From assembly GCA_022711395.1 (NCBI GenBank), contig JAKLFA010000001.1:195277-259276 (forward strand): a stretch of 64,000 nucleotides of DNA. The letters are read 5' to 3'. Shown one piece after another: positions 11,701 through 22,863 of this stretch. Both the position numbers and the translations under genes were made by a program. The notes below the pieces were generated by a model. That model saw only the letters and a list, made by a program, of their open reading frames with translations, made no database searches and was not told the DNA's origin. Source of the stretch: Candidatus Omnitrophota bacterium (GTDB taxonomy: Bacteria; Omnitrophota; Gorgyraeia; Zapsychrales; JANLHA01). Positions within the stretch are counted from its first letter, which is position 1. Every line of letters starts with the position of its first letter.

Positions 11701-12845
11701 TGCCGCAAGGCGCGACTTTGAAGTTTGCTGATGGGGCGGCTATTAAAAAAGACGATGTTTTCGCGACGTGGGATCCGTATACTGTTCCGATCATCACGGA
11801 GGTCAAAGGTGTTGTAAATTCGGAAGATATCATCGGGGATGTCACCGTTCAGGAAGAGCTGAACCCGATCACGGGTATCACGGAACGCGTTGTTGTGGAG
11901 CACAAGCCCCAATACCATCCGCAGATTATCATTACGGATGAAAAGAAGGAAGTCGTTGGTATTTATTCGATTCCTGTTGGCGCCCATATTTTGGTCAATG
12001 ACAAGAGCGAGGTTCGCGCTGGCGATCTGATCGCCAAGATTCCGCGAGGCGTAGGCAAGACCAGAGACATTACAGGCGGTCTTCCGCGGGTTGCGGAATT
12101 GTTCGAAGCTCGTCGGCCGAAAGACCCCGCTGTTATCAGCGAGATCGATGGTGTCGTCGAGTTCGGGGAGGACCGTAAGGGTCTTCGAACGATCATCGTG
12201 AAGAGTGAGACCGGTATGGCGAAGGAATATACCATTCCGCACGGGAAGCATCCGAACGTTTATAAAAGTGATCGTGTTTTTGCCGGCCAGCAGCTGACCG
12301 ACGGACCGGTTGTTCCGCATGATATTTTGAGGGTCTGTGGCGACAAGGTCCTTCAGGAATATCTCTTGAATGAAGTTCAGGAGGTCTATCGCTTGCAAGG
12401 TGTCCGGATCAATGATAAGCATATTGAGCTGATCATTTCACAGATGTTGAAAAAGGTTCGGATCGATGATGGGGGAGATTCTCCGTTTTTAGTCGGTGAG
12501 CAGATCGACCGTGTTCAGTTTAAAAAGGTTAATGATGAAATAATTAAAAAGAAGGGCAAGCCTGCGCAGGCAACGCCCTTATTATTAGGGGTCACAAAGG
12601 TCTCTTTGACGACGGACAGCTTTATATCTGCTGCGAGCTTCCAGGAAACAACTCGGGTGTTGACAGAAGCTGCATCTAGTGGTAAGATTGACCTTTTACG
12701 TGGCCTGAAAGAGAACGTCATCGTGGGACATTTGATCCCTGCGGGGACTGGATTAAAGTATTATCAAGAAGTGGAAATGGTGAAATATGCCGACGATACA
12801 GCAGTTGATCAGAAAGAGCAGGAACCTCAAGTCCAAGAAGACTAA
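8727..12845 (+). CDS. rpoC: DNA-directed RNA polymerase subunit beta'
   Basis: RpoC sequence with the NADFDGD catalytic motif and zinc-binding cysteines. Confidence 0.95.
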   Translation: MAKKQDIINQDRITIKIASPDTIRSWSQGMVKKAETLNYRTLKPEKDGLFCERIFGPVRDWECNCGKYKGIKFRGITCDRCGVTVTRSSVRRERMGHIELACPVTHIWFYKAVPSRLSALLQVSLRNLEKLIYYEEYVVIDPGDAPLKYKQFLSEDQYQEAVVKYGGAFKAKIGAEAVKDLLESIELDKLSKELRKELAGMSSLSANAKKMAKSLKIIEDFKISGNKAEWMVLDVLPVIPPDLRPLVPLEGGRFATSDLNDLYRRVINRNNRLKKLMDLNAPEIIIRNEKRMLQESVDALLDNGRHGRPVLGSGNRPLKSLSDMLKGKQGRFRMNLLGKRVDYSGRSVIVVGPTLRLHECGLPKKMALELFEPFIIRKLREKGYVHTIKGAKRMVERAKVEVWDILDEVIKDHPVLLNRAPTLHRLSVQAFQPVLVEGKAIKLHPLVCAAFNADFDGDQMAVHVPLSLEAQIECRLQMLSVNNLFSPADGRPIMSPTQDMVLGLYYLTKDNGHEPKGIFASAQEVIIAFNDKVVTLHDAIRLRLAGSVWGDEKPSLIISQEKALMGESAEGVAANSPVKAQIIETTVGRVLFNQLLPEGYGFVNELLDKKRIGAVISDCYKRFGQETTVRLLDRIKEYGFFASTEAGISISIPDLTSPKDKEKYIKKAKDEVARVEDQYHKGIITGRERYNKIIDIWTHTTEKLSDLVFKQMDPFNPVFIMADSGARGSRLQIRQLSGMRGLMAKPSGEIIENPITASFREGLTVLEYFISTHGARKGLADTALKTADAGYLTRRLVDVAQEVVITEEDCGTVNGITVSAIVEGDELVVSLKERIIGRVALDNIVDVITDQVVVEAGQEITEEKAAAIEQLGIEKVRIRSVLTCDSDRGVCVKCYGRNLATQRIVEIGESVGIIAAQSIGEPGTQLTMRTFHIGGTASRAVEQSHYQSKNDGFVKYHQLRVVERNAEFVVLNRNGSISINNEFGREFERYQLPQGATLKFADGAAIKKDDVFATWDPYTVPIITEVKGVVNSEDIIGDVTVQEELNPITGITERVVVEHKPQYHPQIIITDEKKEVVGIYSIPVGAHILVNDKSEVRAGDLIAKIPRGVGKTRDITGGLPRVAELFEARRPKDPAVISEIDGVVEFGEDRKGLRTIIVKSETGMAKEYTIPHGKHPNVYKSDRVFAGQQLTDGPVVPHDILRVCGDKVLQEYLLNEVQEVYRLQGVRINDKHIELIISQMLKKVRIDDGGDSPFLVGEQIDRVQFKKVNDEIIKKKGKPAQATPLLLGVTKVSLTTDSFISAASFQETTRVLTEAASSGKIDLLRGLKENVIVGHLIPAGTGLKYYQEVEMVKYADDTAVDQKEQEPQVQED

Positions 12846-13158
12846 GTCTCCTGCGTTGACAGAATGCCCGCAAAAACGCGGCGTCTGTTTGCAAGTCAAG
12901 ACAATGACTCCGAAAAAGCCGAATTCGGCTTTGCGAAAGATCGCGAGAGTCCGTTTGTCAAACCGTACAGAAGTTACAGCCTATATCCCGGGAGAAGGTC
13001 ATAACCTTCAGGAACACTCCATTGTCCTGGTTCGCGGGGGCCGCGTGAAGGATTTGCCGGGTGTTCGTTATCATATCGTCCGTGGGACATTGGATGCTTC
13101 AGGGGTGGATAAGCGAAAGCGGTCACGTTCAAAATATGGTACAAAGCGAGCGAAGTAA
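12787..13158 (+). CDS. rpsL: 30S ribosomal protein S12
   Basis: Conserved N-terminus [10 protein letters not shown]. The ATG lies 59 nt inside the rpoC 3' end in a different frame. Confidence 0.93.
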   Translation: MPTIQQLIRKSRNLKSKKTKSPALTECPQKRGVCLQVKTMTPKKPNSALRKIARVRLSNRTEVTAYIPGEGHNLQEHSIVLVRGGRVKDLPGVRYHIVRGTLDASGVDKRKRSRSKYGTKRAK

Positions 13159-13160
13159 AA

Positions 13161-13631
13161 ATGAGAAGACGTAGAGCAGAAAAAAAAGACGTTTTTCCGG
13201 ATCCGAAGTATAATAGCCTCTTGGTCGCGAAGTTCGTCAACACTGTGATGAGGGACGGCAAAAAAACAGTCGCTGAAAAGATTGTATATGGCGCGATTGA
13301 AGTTCTGACAGAGCGCGTTACGGAGGAGTCAGGAATTAAGGTTTTCAATAAGGCGATCGAAAATGTTCGCCCGCGCCTTGAGTTGAAGTCACGGAGGCTT
13401 GGTGGTTCTACATATCAAGTGCCGGTCGAAGTGACGCCTAACCGGGCAAATTCATTGGCGATCCGCTGGCTGCGAGATTTCGCGCGCAAGAAAAAAGGCA
13501 AGTCCATGAGGTTGAAATTGGCTGACGAGTTATTATCAGCTTATCGAAATGAAGGCCCGGCGATCAAAAAGCGGGATGAAACACACAAAATGGCTGAAGC
13601 TAACAAGGCATTCGCCCACTTACGCTGGTAA
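13161..13631 (+). CDS. rpsG: 30S ribosomal protein S7
   Basis: S7 sequence. Confidence 0.95.
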   Translation: MRRRRAEKKDVFPDPKYNSLLVAKFVNTVMRDGKKTVAEKIVYGAIEVLTERVTEESGIKVFNKAIENVRPRLELKSRRLGGSTYQVPVEVTPNRANSLAIRWLRDFARKKKGKSMRLKLADELLSAYRNEGPAIKKRDETHKMAEANKAFAHLRW

Positions 13632-13657
13632 ATCATTTAAGGAGATAAAGAGTTTAG

Positions 13658-15760
13658 ATGGCTGGAAAGACACCATTAAAAGATATACGGAATATAGGGA
13701 TTATCGCGCACATTGATGCGGGTAAGACCACGACCACTGAGCGCATTCTGTTCTATACGGGCGTAATCCATAAAATGGGGACGGTTGATCAGGGTAACGC
13801 AACCATGGACTGGATGGAGCAGGAACAGGAACGTGGTATTACCATCACGTCTGCCAACACGACAACGTATTGGAAGGGAAAGAAGATCAATATCATCGAT
13901 ACTCCCGGTCACGTTGACTTTACTGTTGAGGTTGAGAGGTCTTTAAAGGTCCTGGATGGGGCTGTCGTGGTCCTGTGCGCAACGGGTGGTGTGCAATCCC
14001 AGACGGAAACGGTCTGGCGTCAGGCTGATCGCTATAAAGTTCCGAGGATTTTCTTTATCAACAAGATTGACCGGTTGGGTGCTGATTATTTCCGTGTCAT
14101 CAATGAGATTCACGAACGTTTAGGTTGTAACGCGGCTGCGGTTCATCTGCCGGATGGGAACGAGGATAATTTTAAGGGTTTGGTGGATCTTATTGCAATG
14201 AAATATTACACGTGGTCGGATGATGAAGGAATGAACATGGAAGTTAATGACATCCCAGACCATCTTAAAGATCGCGCGAAGCAGTTAAGGCATGACATGA
14301 TCGAGAGATTGGCTGAAGCTGATGACGCCATTATGGAAAAGTTCCTAGAAGAAACAGAAATTTCTTCTGATGAAATTAAGCAAGCGATCCGTAAAGGGGT
14401 TATTGAGAATACATTTTTGCCTGTGCTCGTTGGAACGGCTCTTCGCAATCGTGGCGTGCAGCTTGTGTTGGATGCTGTCACGGAGTATCTTCCGTCTCCT
14501 CTTGATGTTCCTGCCGTTGAAGGTGTCAAACCCGGTTCCCAAGACAAATTAACCCGTATGGCGGATCCGAATGCGCCTTTTTCGGGTCTGGTGTTCAAGA
14601 TCGCCTCCGATCCTTATGTGGGAAAATTATTCTACACGCGTATTTACTCCGGAAAGCTTTTATCTGGTTCTACGGTCCTCAATTCAACGAGGGATAAGCG
14701 CGAACGCATTTCAAAGATCGTTGTTATGCACGCCAATAAACAAACCATTGTTGAACAAGTGGAAGCCGGGGAGATTGTGGCCCTGGTTGGTTTGAAGGAA
14801 ACAAAGTCCGGTGACACTGTTTGTGATGAGAAGGAAGCGATCATTCTTGAGCAGATGAATGTGCCTGAGCCGGTTGTTTCGATGTCTTTGGAGCCGAAAT
14901 CAAAGGCTGACCAGGATAAATTGGGGATCATTATACGTAAATTTTTGGATGAAGACCCTTCCTTGAATTGTAAATATGATGAGGAGACGGGCCAGACCAT
15001 TATTTCCGGAATGGGCGAGCTGCATCTTGAGATTATTATTGACCGTATGAAACGCGAGCACGGCCTTGAGTGCAATATCGGACGTCCTCAGGTCGCTTAT
15101 CGTGAAGCGATTACGAAGAAGGTCACTAATATTGAGGGTAAATTCATCTCTCAGACGGGTGGTCGCGGTCAGTATGGCCATTGCGTTATCGATATGGAGC
15201 CGAATTCGTCCGAAGATAAAGGGAAGGGTATTATTTTTGTCAACAAGATCAAGGGCGGGAATATTCCACGTGAATATATCGCTCCGATCGAAAAAGGTAT
15301 CCGTAATGCTGCTTTAAACGGAATTCTCGCCGGGTATCCGGTCACGGACTTCACCGTTACGTTGATCGATGGTTCTTATCACGAAGTTGATTCCAGCGAA
15401 ATGGCGTTCCAGTTCGCAGGACGTATCGCTTTTCAGGAAGGAATGAAGAAAGGCGGTCCGGTGTTCTTGGAACCCATCATGGATTTGGAAGTTACGGTTC
15501 CGGAAGAATTCATGGGAGCGGTCATTGGTGATTTAAACACGCGCCGCGCCAAAATCGTTGAAATGGGCACTCGGGGAAAGCTTAAAAACGCTCGTGTTGA
15601 GGTTCCTTTGTCTGAAATGTTCAATTACGCGAACGCGTTGCGTTCTTTAACTCAGGGTCGGGCATCGTTCTCGATGGAGCCGGCTTTTTATGCGGAAGTT
15701 CCTCATCATATAGGGGAACAAATTAAGGGAGCTCGTCAACAGACGGCGAGAAGGCAGTAA
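13658..15760 (+). CDS. fusA: Elongation factor G
   Basis: GTPase G1-G4 motifs ([18 protein letters not shown]) and EF-G domains. Confidence 0.95.
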   Translation: MAGKTPLKDIRNIGIIAHIDAGKTTTTERILFYTGVIHKMGTVDQGNATMDWMEQEQERGITITSANTTTYWKGKKINIIDTPGHVDFTVEVERSLKVLDGAVVVLCATGGVQSQTETVWRQADRYKVPRIFFINKIDRLGADYFRVINEIHERLGCNAAAVHLPDGNEDNFKGLVDLIAMKYYTWSDDEGMNMEVNDIPDHLKDRAKQLRHDMIERLAEADDAIMEKFLEETEISSDEIKQAIRKGVIENTFLPVLVGTALRNRGVQLVLDAVTEYLPSPLDVPAVEGVKPGSQDKLTRMADPNAPFSGLVFKIASDPYVGKLFYTRIYSGKLLSGSTVLNSTRDKRERISKIVVMHANKQTIVEQVEAGEIVALVGLKETKSGDTVCDEKEAIILEQMNVPEPVVSMSLEPKSKADQDKLGIIIRKFLDEDPSLNCKYDEETGQTIISGMGELHLEIIIDRMKREHGLECNIGRPQVAYREAITKKVTNIEGKFISQTGGRGQYGHCVIDMEPNSSEDKGKGIIFVNKIKGGNIPREYIAPIEKGIRNAALNGILAGYPVTDFTVTLIDGSYHEVDSSEMAFQFAGRIAFQEGMKKGGPVFLEPIMDLEVTVPEEFMGAVIGDLNTRRAKIVEMGTRGKLKNARVEVPLSEMFNYANALRSLTQGRASFSMEPAFYAEVPHHIGEQIKGARQQTARRQ

Positions 15761-15800
15761 TAGGGAAAGATAAAATCTCTAATTAAGGAGGAGGTGAGTT

Positions 15801-16994
15801 ATGGCTAAGGAAAAATTCGTAAGAAATAAACCTCACTTGAATGTTGGAACGATCGGGCACGTCGATCATGGTAAAACAACCTTGAGCGCGGCCATAACGA
15901 CCGTCCTTTCCAAGAAGGGTTTGAGCGAAATCCGGTCCTATGATTCTATTGATAATGCACCGGAAGAAAGAGAACGCGGCGTTACCATCAATATTTCCCA
16001 TTTGGAATATCAGACGGAAACCCGCCATTATGCCCACATTGATTGTCCCGGGCACGCTGACTATATCAAGAACATGATCACGGGTGCTGCCCAGATGGAT
16101 GGCGCCATCCTGGTTGTTTCTGCGGCTGACGGTGCTATGCCTCAGACACGTGAACATATTCTCTTGGCTCGTCAGGTGAACGTTCCTCGTCTTGTCGTGT
16201 TCATGAATAAATGCGATCAAGTCGATGATCCGGAACTTTTGGACCTGGTTGAAATGGAACTCCGTGAACTTCTGAGCAAATATGAATACGATGGCGACAA
16301 CACGCCGATCGTCAAGGGAAGTGCTCTGGAAGCTTTGAATAGTCCTGATGATGCAGAAAAAACAAAGTGCATCATTGAGCTTATGAAAGCTGTTGACGAG
16401 TGGATTCCTCAACCGCAGCGTGAGCTTGATAAGCCGTTTTTGATGGCGATCGAAGACATCTTTTCGATTTCCGGTCGTGGGACTGTCGCGACAGGCCGTA
16501 TTGAGCGTGGTCGCGTGAAGGTCAGCGAGGAAGTCGATATCGTTGGGATGCAGGAAGGGATCGATGTCACCGTTGTTACAGGTGTTGAGATGTTCCGTAA
16601 AGAGCTTGATGAAGGTCAGGCCGGCGATAACGTTGGTCTTTTGCTCCGTGGTGTTGACAAAGATAAGATTCAGCGTGGACAGGTCTTGGCGGCTAAGGGT
16701 TCGATCACTCCGCACAAGAAATTCAAGGCCTCGATCTACGTTCTGACCAAAGAAGAAGGTGGGCGTCACACACCGTTCTTTAAAGGATACCGCCCGCAGT
16801 TCTATTTCAGAACAACGGACGTGACCGGTACAGCGATCCTTCCGGAAGGTGTTGAGATGTGCATGCCGGGGGATAATGTCGATCTGACGATCGAATTGAT
16901 CACACCCGTTGCTATGGAGAAAGAGTTGCGTTTTGCTATCCGTGAGGGTGGCCGCACGGTTGGCGCAGGAGTTGTTTCTGAGATCGTGGAATAA
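15801..16994 (+). CDS. tuf: Elongation factor Tu
   Basis: [14 protein letters not shown] and NKCD motifs. 397 aa. Confidence 0.97.
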   Translation: MAKEKFVRNKPHLNVGTIGHVDHGKTTLSAAITTVLSKKGLSEIRSYDSIDNAPEERERGVTINISHLEYQTETRHYAHIDCPGHADYIKNMITGAAQMDGAILVVSAADGAMPQTREHILLARQVNVPRLVVFMNKCDQVDDPELLDLVEMELRELLSKYEYDGDNTPIVKGSALEALNSPDDAEKTKCIIELMKAVDEWIPQPQRELDKPFLMAIEDIFSISGRGTVATGRIERGRVKVSEEVDIVGMQEGIDVTVVTGVEMFRKELDEGQAGDNVGLLLRGVDKDKIQRGQVLAAKGSITPHKKFKASIYVLTKEEGGRHTPFFKGYRPQFYFRTTDVTGTAILPEGVEMCMPGDNVDLTIELITPVAMEKELRFAIREGGRTVGAGVVSEIVE

Positions 16995-17046
16995 GGTCTA
17001 GGCTAACTGAAAATCAAACGCAATCACATTATATGAGGTAACCATT

Positions 17047-17076
17047 GACCCCGCTCTCAAGCCTGGGAGCGGGGTC
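17047..17076 (+). promoter_or_regulatory. 10-bp GC-rich hairpin in the tuf-rpsJ spacer (candidate S10-operon leader attenuator or tuf terminator)
   Basis: GACCCCGCTC / GAGCGGGGTC (perfect 10-bp stem, 10 nt loop). No U-tract follows. Confidence 0.35.
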
Positions 17077-17091
17077 ATAACGAGTGAAGAC

Positions 17092-17394
17092 ATGCAAAAA
17101 ATACGTTTAAAATTAAAAGCTTATGATCATAGACTGATCGATCAATCAGCCCAGGAGATCGTTGACACGGCGATCCGTACTGGCGCTAAGGTTTCGGGGC
17201 CGATCCCGCTTCCCACAAAGAAAGAACTGTATACGGTTTTGCGTTCGCCTCACGTGAACAAAAAATCAAGGGAGCAATTCCATTTGGTCATCCATAAACG
17301 CTTGATTGATCTTGTAGAGCCTACGGCAAAGACGGTCGAATCACTTCGAAAGTTGAATTTGCCGGCTGGCGTCGACATTGAAATTAAGCAGTAA
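17092..17394 (+). CDS. rpsJ: 30S ribosomal protein S10
   Basis: S10 sequence. Confidence 0.95.
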   Translation: MQKIRLKLKAYDHRLIDQSAQEIVDTAIRTGAKVSGPIPLPTKKELYTVLRSPHVNKKSREQFHLVIHKRLIDLVEPTAKTVESLRKLNLPAGVDIEIKQ

Positions 17395-17427
17395 GACGGA
17401 TCATAAACACGACATTGGGGCAAAAGA

Positions 17428-18138
17428 ATGATTAGAGGTTTATTAGGTAAAAAATTAGGCATGACACAGATTTTTGACAAAGACGGCAACGTTGTTCCGG
17501 TGACCGTCGTTGAAGCTGGTCCGTGTCCTATTTTAGAGCTCAAGAACGAGCCCAAGATCAAGGTAAAGATCGGATTTCTTGAAGTTAAAGAGCAGCGGGT
17601 CGATAAGCCCAGGCAGGGTCTTTTCAAGAAGGCCAATGTCGCTCCCCGAAAGGTTGTCCGGGAATTTGAATCGGCTGGAAATGGCGATTATCAAGTTGGC
17701 CAGGAGATCAAAGCAGACGTTTTTAAAGCCGGAGAATTTGTCGATGTCTCTGCTGTGTCCAAAGGAAAAGGCTTCCAGGGCGGTATGAAACGTCATCACT
17801 GGTCAGGTGGTCCTGCGGCTCACGGCTCCATGCATCACAGACGGGTCGGTTCGATCGGTTCCAGCGCATGTCCTTCGCGCACTTTTAGGGGTCAGCGGAT
17901 GCCCGGACACATGGGCGCAGAGCGGACAACGATACAGGGTTTGCGGGTCATGGAAGTGGACGCAACGAATAACATTTTATTGATTAAAGGGGCTGTCCCC
18001 GGAGCGAAGAATGGTCTTTTAGAGATCAATCGTTCAAAGAAGAGAGCCTATCGTTCGTTGGAAGACAAACCGGCGAATCTTGAAAAGAAACGTAATCCGA
18101 TAAAACAAAGTAAATCGAAGGCGAAAGGTAAGAAGTAG
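17428..18138 (+). CDS. rplC: 50S ribosomal protein L3 (with a Lys-rich C-terminal tail)
   Basis: L3 sequence. The last ~35 aa are K/R-rich. Confidence 0.95.
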   Translation: MIRGLLGKKLGMTQIFDKDGNVVPVTVVEAGPCPILELKNEPKIKVKIGFLEVKEQRVDKPRQGLFKKANVAPRKVVREFESAGNGDYQVGQEIKADVFKAGEFVDVSAVSKGKGFQGGMKRHHWSGGPAAHGSMHHRRVGSIGSSACPSRTFRGQRMPGHMGAERTTIQGLRVMEVDATNNILLIKGAVPGAKNGLLEINRSKKRAYRSLEDKPANLEKKRNPIKQSKSKAKGKK

Positions 18139-18140
18139 CC

Positions 18141-18767
18141 ATGGTCATGATGCCTGTTTTAGATAAAAACGGAAAGAAGAAAAATCAGCTTGAATTTTCC
18201 GATGAGGTTTTCGGAAAGGCTGTGAATCAGGACGTGATTCATCAGGCTGTTGTGATGTATCGCGCTTCTTTGCGTCAGGGGACGGTCGCGACAAAGGATT
18301 TTTCGCTCGTTCACGGCGGCGGCAAGAAGCCTTACCGTCAAAAGGGCACGGGCCGCGCACGCCAGGGATCTATTCGTGCTCCGCAGTTTGTGGGTGGTGC
18401 GACTGTTTTCGGCCCTCAACCCAGGGACTTCGGTTATTCTGTTCCGAAAAAGATCAGAAGAGCGGCTTTACGCGAAAGCATTAATGCCAAGATCAAGGCC
18501 GAGCAGATCATTCTGGTCGATGATTTTAAGGATAAATTCACAAAGACCAAGGAATTTTCTGGTATCCTGAAGGCCCTTCAGGTCCAGGGAAAGACGTTGG
18601 CTCTTTTGGACGGATGTGATGAAAGCGTCAAACTTGTCAGCCGCAACATCCCGCGTTTTGAGATTTTACGCGCTGAAGACGTGACGGCATACGATATTAT
18701 GCGTAATAAGACGCTTTTAATGACAAAAACAGCGTTCGATAAAGTAATGGATCGAATCAATAAATAA
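18141..18767 (+). CDS. rplD: 50S ribosomal protein L4
   Basis: L4 sequence. Confidence 0.93.
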   Translation: MVMMPVLDKNGKKKNQLEFSDEVFGKAVNQDVIHQAVVMYRASLRQGTVATKDFSLVHGGGKKPYRQKGTGRARQGSIRAPQFVGGATVFGPQPRDFGYSVPKKIRRAALRESINAKIKAEQIILVDDFKDKFTKTKEFSGILKALQVQGKTLALLDGCDESVKLVSRNIPRFEILRAEDVTAYDIMRNKTLLMTKTAFDKVMDRINK

Positions 18768-18777
18768 GAGCAAAGAC

Positions 18778-19056
18778 ATGATTACAAGCTACGATATTAT
18801 TCAGACATTGGTCCGGACCGAAAAAAGCTCAACCTTGGAGCCCCAGAGAAAGTATGTGTTCCATGTTTCTCCCCGGGCTAACAAAGGCGAGATCAAAAAA
18901 GCTGTCGAAGAGATTTACAGTGTTAAAGTTGCTGCGGTCAATATCATGACAGTGGTGGCCAAGCGCAAACGCGTTCGCAGCGATTTCGGCTATACAACGC
19001 CTTGGAAAAAGGCGGTCGTTTCTTTAAAAGAAGGATATTCAATCAACGTAACTTAA
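18778..19056 (+). CDS. rplW: 50S ribosomal protein L23
   Basis: L23 sequence. Confidence 0.93.
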   Translation: MITSYDIIQTLVRTEKSSTLEPQRKYVFHVSPRANKGEIKKAVEEIYSVKVAAVNIMTVVAKRKRVRSDFGYTTPWKKAVVSLKEGYSINVT

Positions 19057-19068
19057 GGATCAAGAGCC

Positions 19069-19905
19069 GTGGGTATAAAAAAGTTTAAACCAATAACAAA
19101 CGGGTTAAGGCACACAGCGATTTCTGATTTTGCTGAGATCACGAAATCCAAGCCCGAAAAAGCATTATTAACTCCTTTGAAGAAGTCTGGCGGCCGAAAC
19201 ATGTACGGTCGTATTACGGCCCGGTATCGCAGCGGTGGACACAAGAGAATGTACCGGATTATTGACTTTAAGAGAAGGCGTTTGGAGGATGTGGCAGATG
19301 TGGTGGCGATCGAGTACGATCCTAACCGTAGCGCGCGCATTGCTTTGATCCAGTATCCTGATCAGGAGAAAAATTATATCCTGGCCCCCTTGGAGTTGAA
19401 GGTCGGCGATAAAGTTGTCAGTACGCGAGAAAATGATGTTGAGATCAAGCCAGGCAATTGCATGCCTTTGACAAAGATCCCGTTGGGAATCGCCGTTCAC
19501 AATATTGAACTTCAGCCTGGAAAAGGTGGGCAGATCGCCCGTTCCGCCGGAACGTCGGCACAGCTGATGGCTAAAGAAGGAGGGTTTGCTCTCTTGCGGA
19601 TGCCATCCAGTGAGATTCGAAAAGTTCCCGTGGAGTGCCGTGCTACGATCGGTCAGATCGGGAATGTCGAGCACGAAACTATTTCGATCGGCAAGGCAGG
19701 CCGTTCCCGTTGGCTGGGGCGTAAGGGTCATGTCCGCGGGGTTGCCATGAACCCGGTCGATCACCCTCACGGTGGTGGTGAAGGAAAGGCTCCTCAGGGA
19801 AATCCTCACCCCGTTACGCCATGGGGAAAGGCGACCAAAGGTCTTAAAACAAGAAAACGACGTAAATATTCTGATCAAATGATCGTTAAGAGAAGGACGA
19901 AGTAA
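19069..19905 (+). CDS. rplB: 50S ribosomal protein L2
   Basis: L2 sequence. Probable GTG start. Confidence 0.95.
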   Translation: MGIKKFKPITNGLRHTAISDFAEITKSKPEKALLTPLKKSGGRNMYGRITARYRSGGHKRMYRIIDFKRRRLEDVADVVAIEYDPNRSARIALIQYPDQEKNYILAPLELKVGDKVVSTRENDVEIKPGNCMPLTKIPLGIAVHNIELQPGKGGQIARSAGTSAQLMAKEGGFALLRMPSSEIRKVPVECRATIGQIGNVEHETISIGKAGRSRWLGRKGHVRGVAMNPVDHPHGGGEGKAPQGNPHPVTPWGKATKGLKTRKRRKYSDQMIVKRRTK

Positions 19906-19906
19906 T

Positions 19907-20194
19907 ATGCCACGTTCGATTAAAAAGGGTCCGTTCGTTGATGAAGCGCTTTTACAAAAGATCAAGCGCATGGAAGAAACAGGAAGAAAAGAGCCAATCA
20001 AAACTTGGTCACGCCGGTCTACGGTTACGCCAGAGTTTGTTGGATATACAGTCGCGATCCATGATGGTCGTAAGCATGTTCCGATCTACATTACCGAGAA
20101 CATGGTGGGATTTAAATTCGGCGAGCTTGCCGCAACCCGCACTTTTCGTAATCACGGTGGGGTGAAAGCCAAGAAGGCGCCGCAAAAGACATAA
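19907..20194 (+). CDS. rpsS: 30S ribosomal protein S19
   Basis: S19 sequence. Confidence 0.95.
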   Translation: MPRSIKKGPFVDEALLQKIKRMEETGRKEPIKTWSRRSTVTPEFVGYTVAIHDGRKHVPIYITENMVGFKFGELAATRTFRNHGGVKAKKAPQKT

Positions 20195-20218
20195 TGATCT
20201 AAAAGTGGTGATTGAAGA

Positions 20219-20554
20219 ATGATTGCACAAGCAAAAGGACAACATATCAGGGTTTCTCCGACGAAGGTCAGAAAGGTCATCGATCTGATCCGGGGAAAGG
20301 ACGTGGTAACATCAAAAGCGATCCTGTCGCAGGTTCCGAAAGGAATCGCGGGCAGGGTTCATAAGATCTTGGATTCAGCGGTCAGCAATGCGAAGCAAAA
20401 GGGCCTGGAGGAAAACCAGCTTTTTATTTCGAAGATCACTGCTGATCAAGGGCCATCATGGAAGCGTTATCGTTCGGCTCCATTCGGCCGGGCGTTGGTG
20501 ATTCTTAAACGCACAACACATTTAACGTTGGAATTGGATCTGATCACTAAATAG
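20219..20554 (+). CDS. rplV: 50S ribosomal protein L22
   Basis: L22 sequence. Confidence 0.93.
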   Translation: MIAQAKGQHIRVSPTKVRKVIDLIRGKDVVTSKAILSQVPKGIAGRVHKILDSAVSNAKQKGLEENQLFISKITADQGPSWKRYRSAPFGRALVILKRTTHLTLELDLITK

Positions 20555-20565
20555 GAGTGGCTTAA

Positions 20566-21234
20566 GTGGGACAAAAAGTACATCCATACATTCAGCGGGT
20601 CGGGATCAATAAAAATTGGCGCAGCCTCTGGTATGCCGACCGAAAAGATTATGCCAATAACGTCAAAGAGGATTATAAGATCCGTGAGTTCATTCGTAAG
20701 CGTTTTGTTCACGCTTCTGTTTCGTACGTTAACATTGAGCGTATGGGTGAACAAGTGAAGATCAAGATCGCTTCTGCCCGTCCTGGGGTCATTATCGGGC
20801 GCAGAGGCGCGGACATTGACCGCCTCAAGGGCGAGCTTGCCAAGATCACTCCCCGAGAGGTGTCTGTGGACATCATTGAGATCAAGAATCCTGCTCTTGA
20901 TGCGCAGCTTGTAGCGCAGAACGTTGCCTTTCAGTTGGAGAAACGCGTGGCGTTCCGCAGGGCTGTCAAGCGCGCTATCGATCAATCCCGTCAGGCTGGT
21001 ATTTTGGGGATCAAGATCGCGGTGGCAGGGCGTTTAGGCGGAGCTGAAATGGCCCGTCGGGAAACATATCATGAAGGTTCGATACCGCTTCAGACCCTTC
21101 GGGCTGATATTGACTATGGCTTCACTGAGGCGATAACCACGTATGGACTGATTGGTGTCAAGGTCTGGTTGTACCATGGGGAAATCATTCCTGAAAAACA
21201 AAAGCCCGCTCAGCCGGTGCAGAAACAGAAGTAA
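20566..21234 (+). CDS. rpsC: 30S ribosomal protein S3
   Basis: S3 sequence (KH domain). Confidence 0.95.
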   Translation: MGQKVHPYIQRVGINKNWRSLWYADRKDYANNVKEDYKIREFIRKRFVHASVSYVNIERMGEQVKIKIASARPGVIIGRRGADIDRLKGELAKITPREVSVDIIEIKNPALDAQLVAQNVAFQLEKRVAFRRAVKRAIDQSRQAGILGIKIAVAGRLGGAEMARRETYHEGSIPLQTLRADIDYGFTEAITTYGLIGVKVWLYHGEIIPEKQKPAQPVQKQK

Positions 21235-21264
21235 GCTTGAAAGGGTTTCGAGGGAGAATACGCA

Positions 21265-21681
21265 ATGCTTCAGATGCCAAGAAAAGTAAAATTTCGTAAA
21301 GCTCAAAAGGGCAAAAATCGCGGTGTAGCGACGCGCGGTGATAAATTAACGTTCGGCGAGTATGGTCTTAAAGCATTAGAGAACGGGATCATGAAATCCA
21401 ATCACATGGAGGCTTCCCGTCTGGTGATCGTTCGTAAGATGAAGGGCGCCGGTAAGCTTTGGGTCAAGGTGTTTCCTCATAAACCGGTCACCAAAAAACC
21501 GGCGGAAACACGCATGGGAAAAGGAAAGGGTGATTTGTCACACTGGGTCTTTCCCGTCAAACGGGGCAAAGTGATCCTGGAGCTGGGTGGTATCCCGGAG
21601 GATTTCGCAAAACGGATTTTCCGCTTAGTCGCTTTTAAGCTTCCGTTTAAGACGAAGTTTGTGACACGAGCTCATCATTGA
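21265..21681 (+). CDS. rplP: 50S ribosomal protein L16
   Basis: L16 sequence. Confidence 0.95.
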   Translation: MLQMPRKVKFRKAQKGKNRGVATRGDKLTFGEYGLKALENGIMKSNHMEASRLVIVRKMKGAGKLWVKVFPHKPVTKKPAETRMGKGKGDLSHWVFPVKRGKVILELGGIPEDFAKRIFRLVAFKLPFKTKFVTRAHH

Positions 21682-21905
21682 TGAGGATCGAACAAGGAAG
21701 AGACATGATGAAATCAAAAGAATTACGAGATCTAAATACGGCCGATTTGCTTCAAAAGGAAAAATCTTTGAAGAAAGAGCTGTTTGATATGAGATATCAG
21801 CGCAAGGTCGGACGTGTTGAAAAACCGGCGCGTTTTAAAGCGATCAGAAAAGATATCGCACGAATTTTAACGGTCTTGAATGAAAGAAAAAATGATGGAA
21901 AATAA
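21678..21905 (+). CDS. rpmC: 50S ribosomal protein L29
   Basis: L29 sequence. Overlaps the rplP stop. Confidence 0.9.
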   Translation: MMRIEQGRDMMKSKELRDLNTADLLQKEKSLKKELFDMRYQRKVGRVEKPARFKAIRKDIARILTVLNERKNDGK

Positions 21906-22149
21906 CAGAATTAATAGTCGACGGGTGTTCATAGGTGAAGTGGTGTCCGACAAAATGAACAAGACTCGGGTTGTGCAAGTTCGTACATCCGCCAAGCACG
22001 AAAAATATCAAAAAACGATCCGCTCCGCCCAGAAGTTCAAGGCTCATGATGAAAAGAATGAGTCAAAACAGGGTGATCGCGTGAAAATCATGGAAACTCG
22101 GCGTTTGTCTAAGGATAAGCGCTGGGTGATTATGGAAGTTATTAAATAA
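21880..22149 (+). CDS. rpsQ: 30S ribosomal protein S17
   Basis: S17 sequence. The true start may be an internal Met (about 21892) that overlaps rpmC less. Confidence 0.9.
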   Translation: MKEKMMENNRINSRRVFIGEVVSDKMNKTRVVQVRTSAKHEKYQKTIRSAQKFKAHDEKNESKQGDRVKIMETRRLSKDKRWVIMEVIK

Positions 22150-22163
22150 TCTGAGGGTGAACA

Positions 22164-22532
22164 ATGCTTTACATGAAATCTATTTTGGATGTTGCAGATA
22201 ATTCTGGGGCCCGTACTGCTTCGCTGATCGGTGTTTTGAACAGCAAAGGACGTGTTTGGGCTCAGGTTGGGGATATTGTCAGAGTCAATATTAAGGAAGC
22301 AGCTCCTGACGCGGCCATCAAAAAAGGTTCGAAGGCCAAGGCTGTTATCGTTCGAACGAGAGCCCCGATCAAACGGGCTGACGGGACGACGATCCGTTTT
22401 GACAGCAATGCGTTGGTTATTATTGACGATGCCGGAAACCCAAAAGGGACTCGCGTTTTTGGCCCGGTGGCCCGTGAGTTGAGAAACTTAGAGTTTATGA
22501 AAATCATTTCTTTAGCACCCGAGGTTGTTTAA
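22164..22532 (+). CDS. rplN: 50S ribosomal protein L14
   Basis: L14 sequence (VADNSGAR). Confidence 0.95.
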   Translation: MLYMKSILDVADNSGARTASLIGVLNSKGRVWAQVGDIVRVNIKEAAPDAAIKKGSKAKAVIVRTRAPIKRADGTTIRFDSNALVIIDDAGNPKGTRVFGPVARELRNLEFMKIISLAPEVV

Positions 22533-22534
22533 CA

Positions 22535-22846
22535 ATGTTACGGATCAAAAAAAACGATATAGTGGCCGTCATTACCGGCCGTGATAAGGGGAAGACAGGC
22601 AAAGTGCTTCGAGTGTTTCCGGCTCAGCAGAAGGTTCTTGTCGAAAAGATCAATATGGCTAAGAAGGCCCGCAGGAAGACCCAGCAGGACCAGACGGGCG
22701 GGCTTGTTGATATCGAAGTTCCGATCCATATTTCCAATGTGATGCTGATGGATAAAAAGACGAATAAGCCAACCCGTTTCGGGGTAAAAATTTTAAAAGA
22801 TGGCTCACATGTCCGCGTTAGCAAAAGAAGCGGGGAAGAGCTTTAA
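22535..22846 (+). CDS. rplX: 50S ribosomal protein L24
   Basis: KOW-domain L24 sequence. Confidence 0.93.
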   Translation: MLRIKKNDIVAVITGRDKGKTGKVLRVFPAQQKVLVEKINMAKKARRKTQQDQTGGLVDIEVPIHISNVMLMDKKTNKPTRFGVKILKDGSHVRVSKRSGEEL

Positions 22847-22863
22847 TAGAGGAGTGCGCAGAG

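Noticed and set aside
11568-12422. Long minus-strand ORF (284 aa) inside rpoC
   Set aside because: Antisense shadow of rpoC with no recognisable motifs. The same applies to other long antisense ORFs (5362-5850, 7390-7986, 10245-10823, 15783-16769, 19168-20001, 37671-38429, 45442-45972, 48978-49805, 57309-58253), each lying wholly within a confidently assigned gene on the opposite strand.
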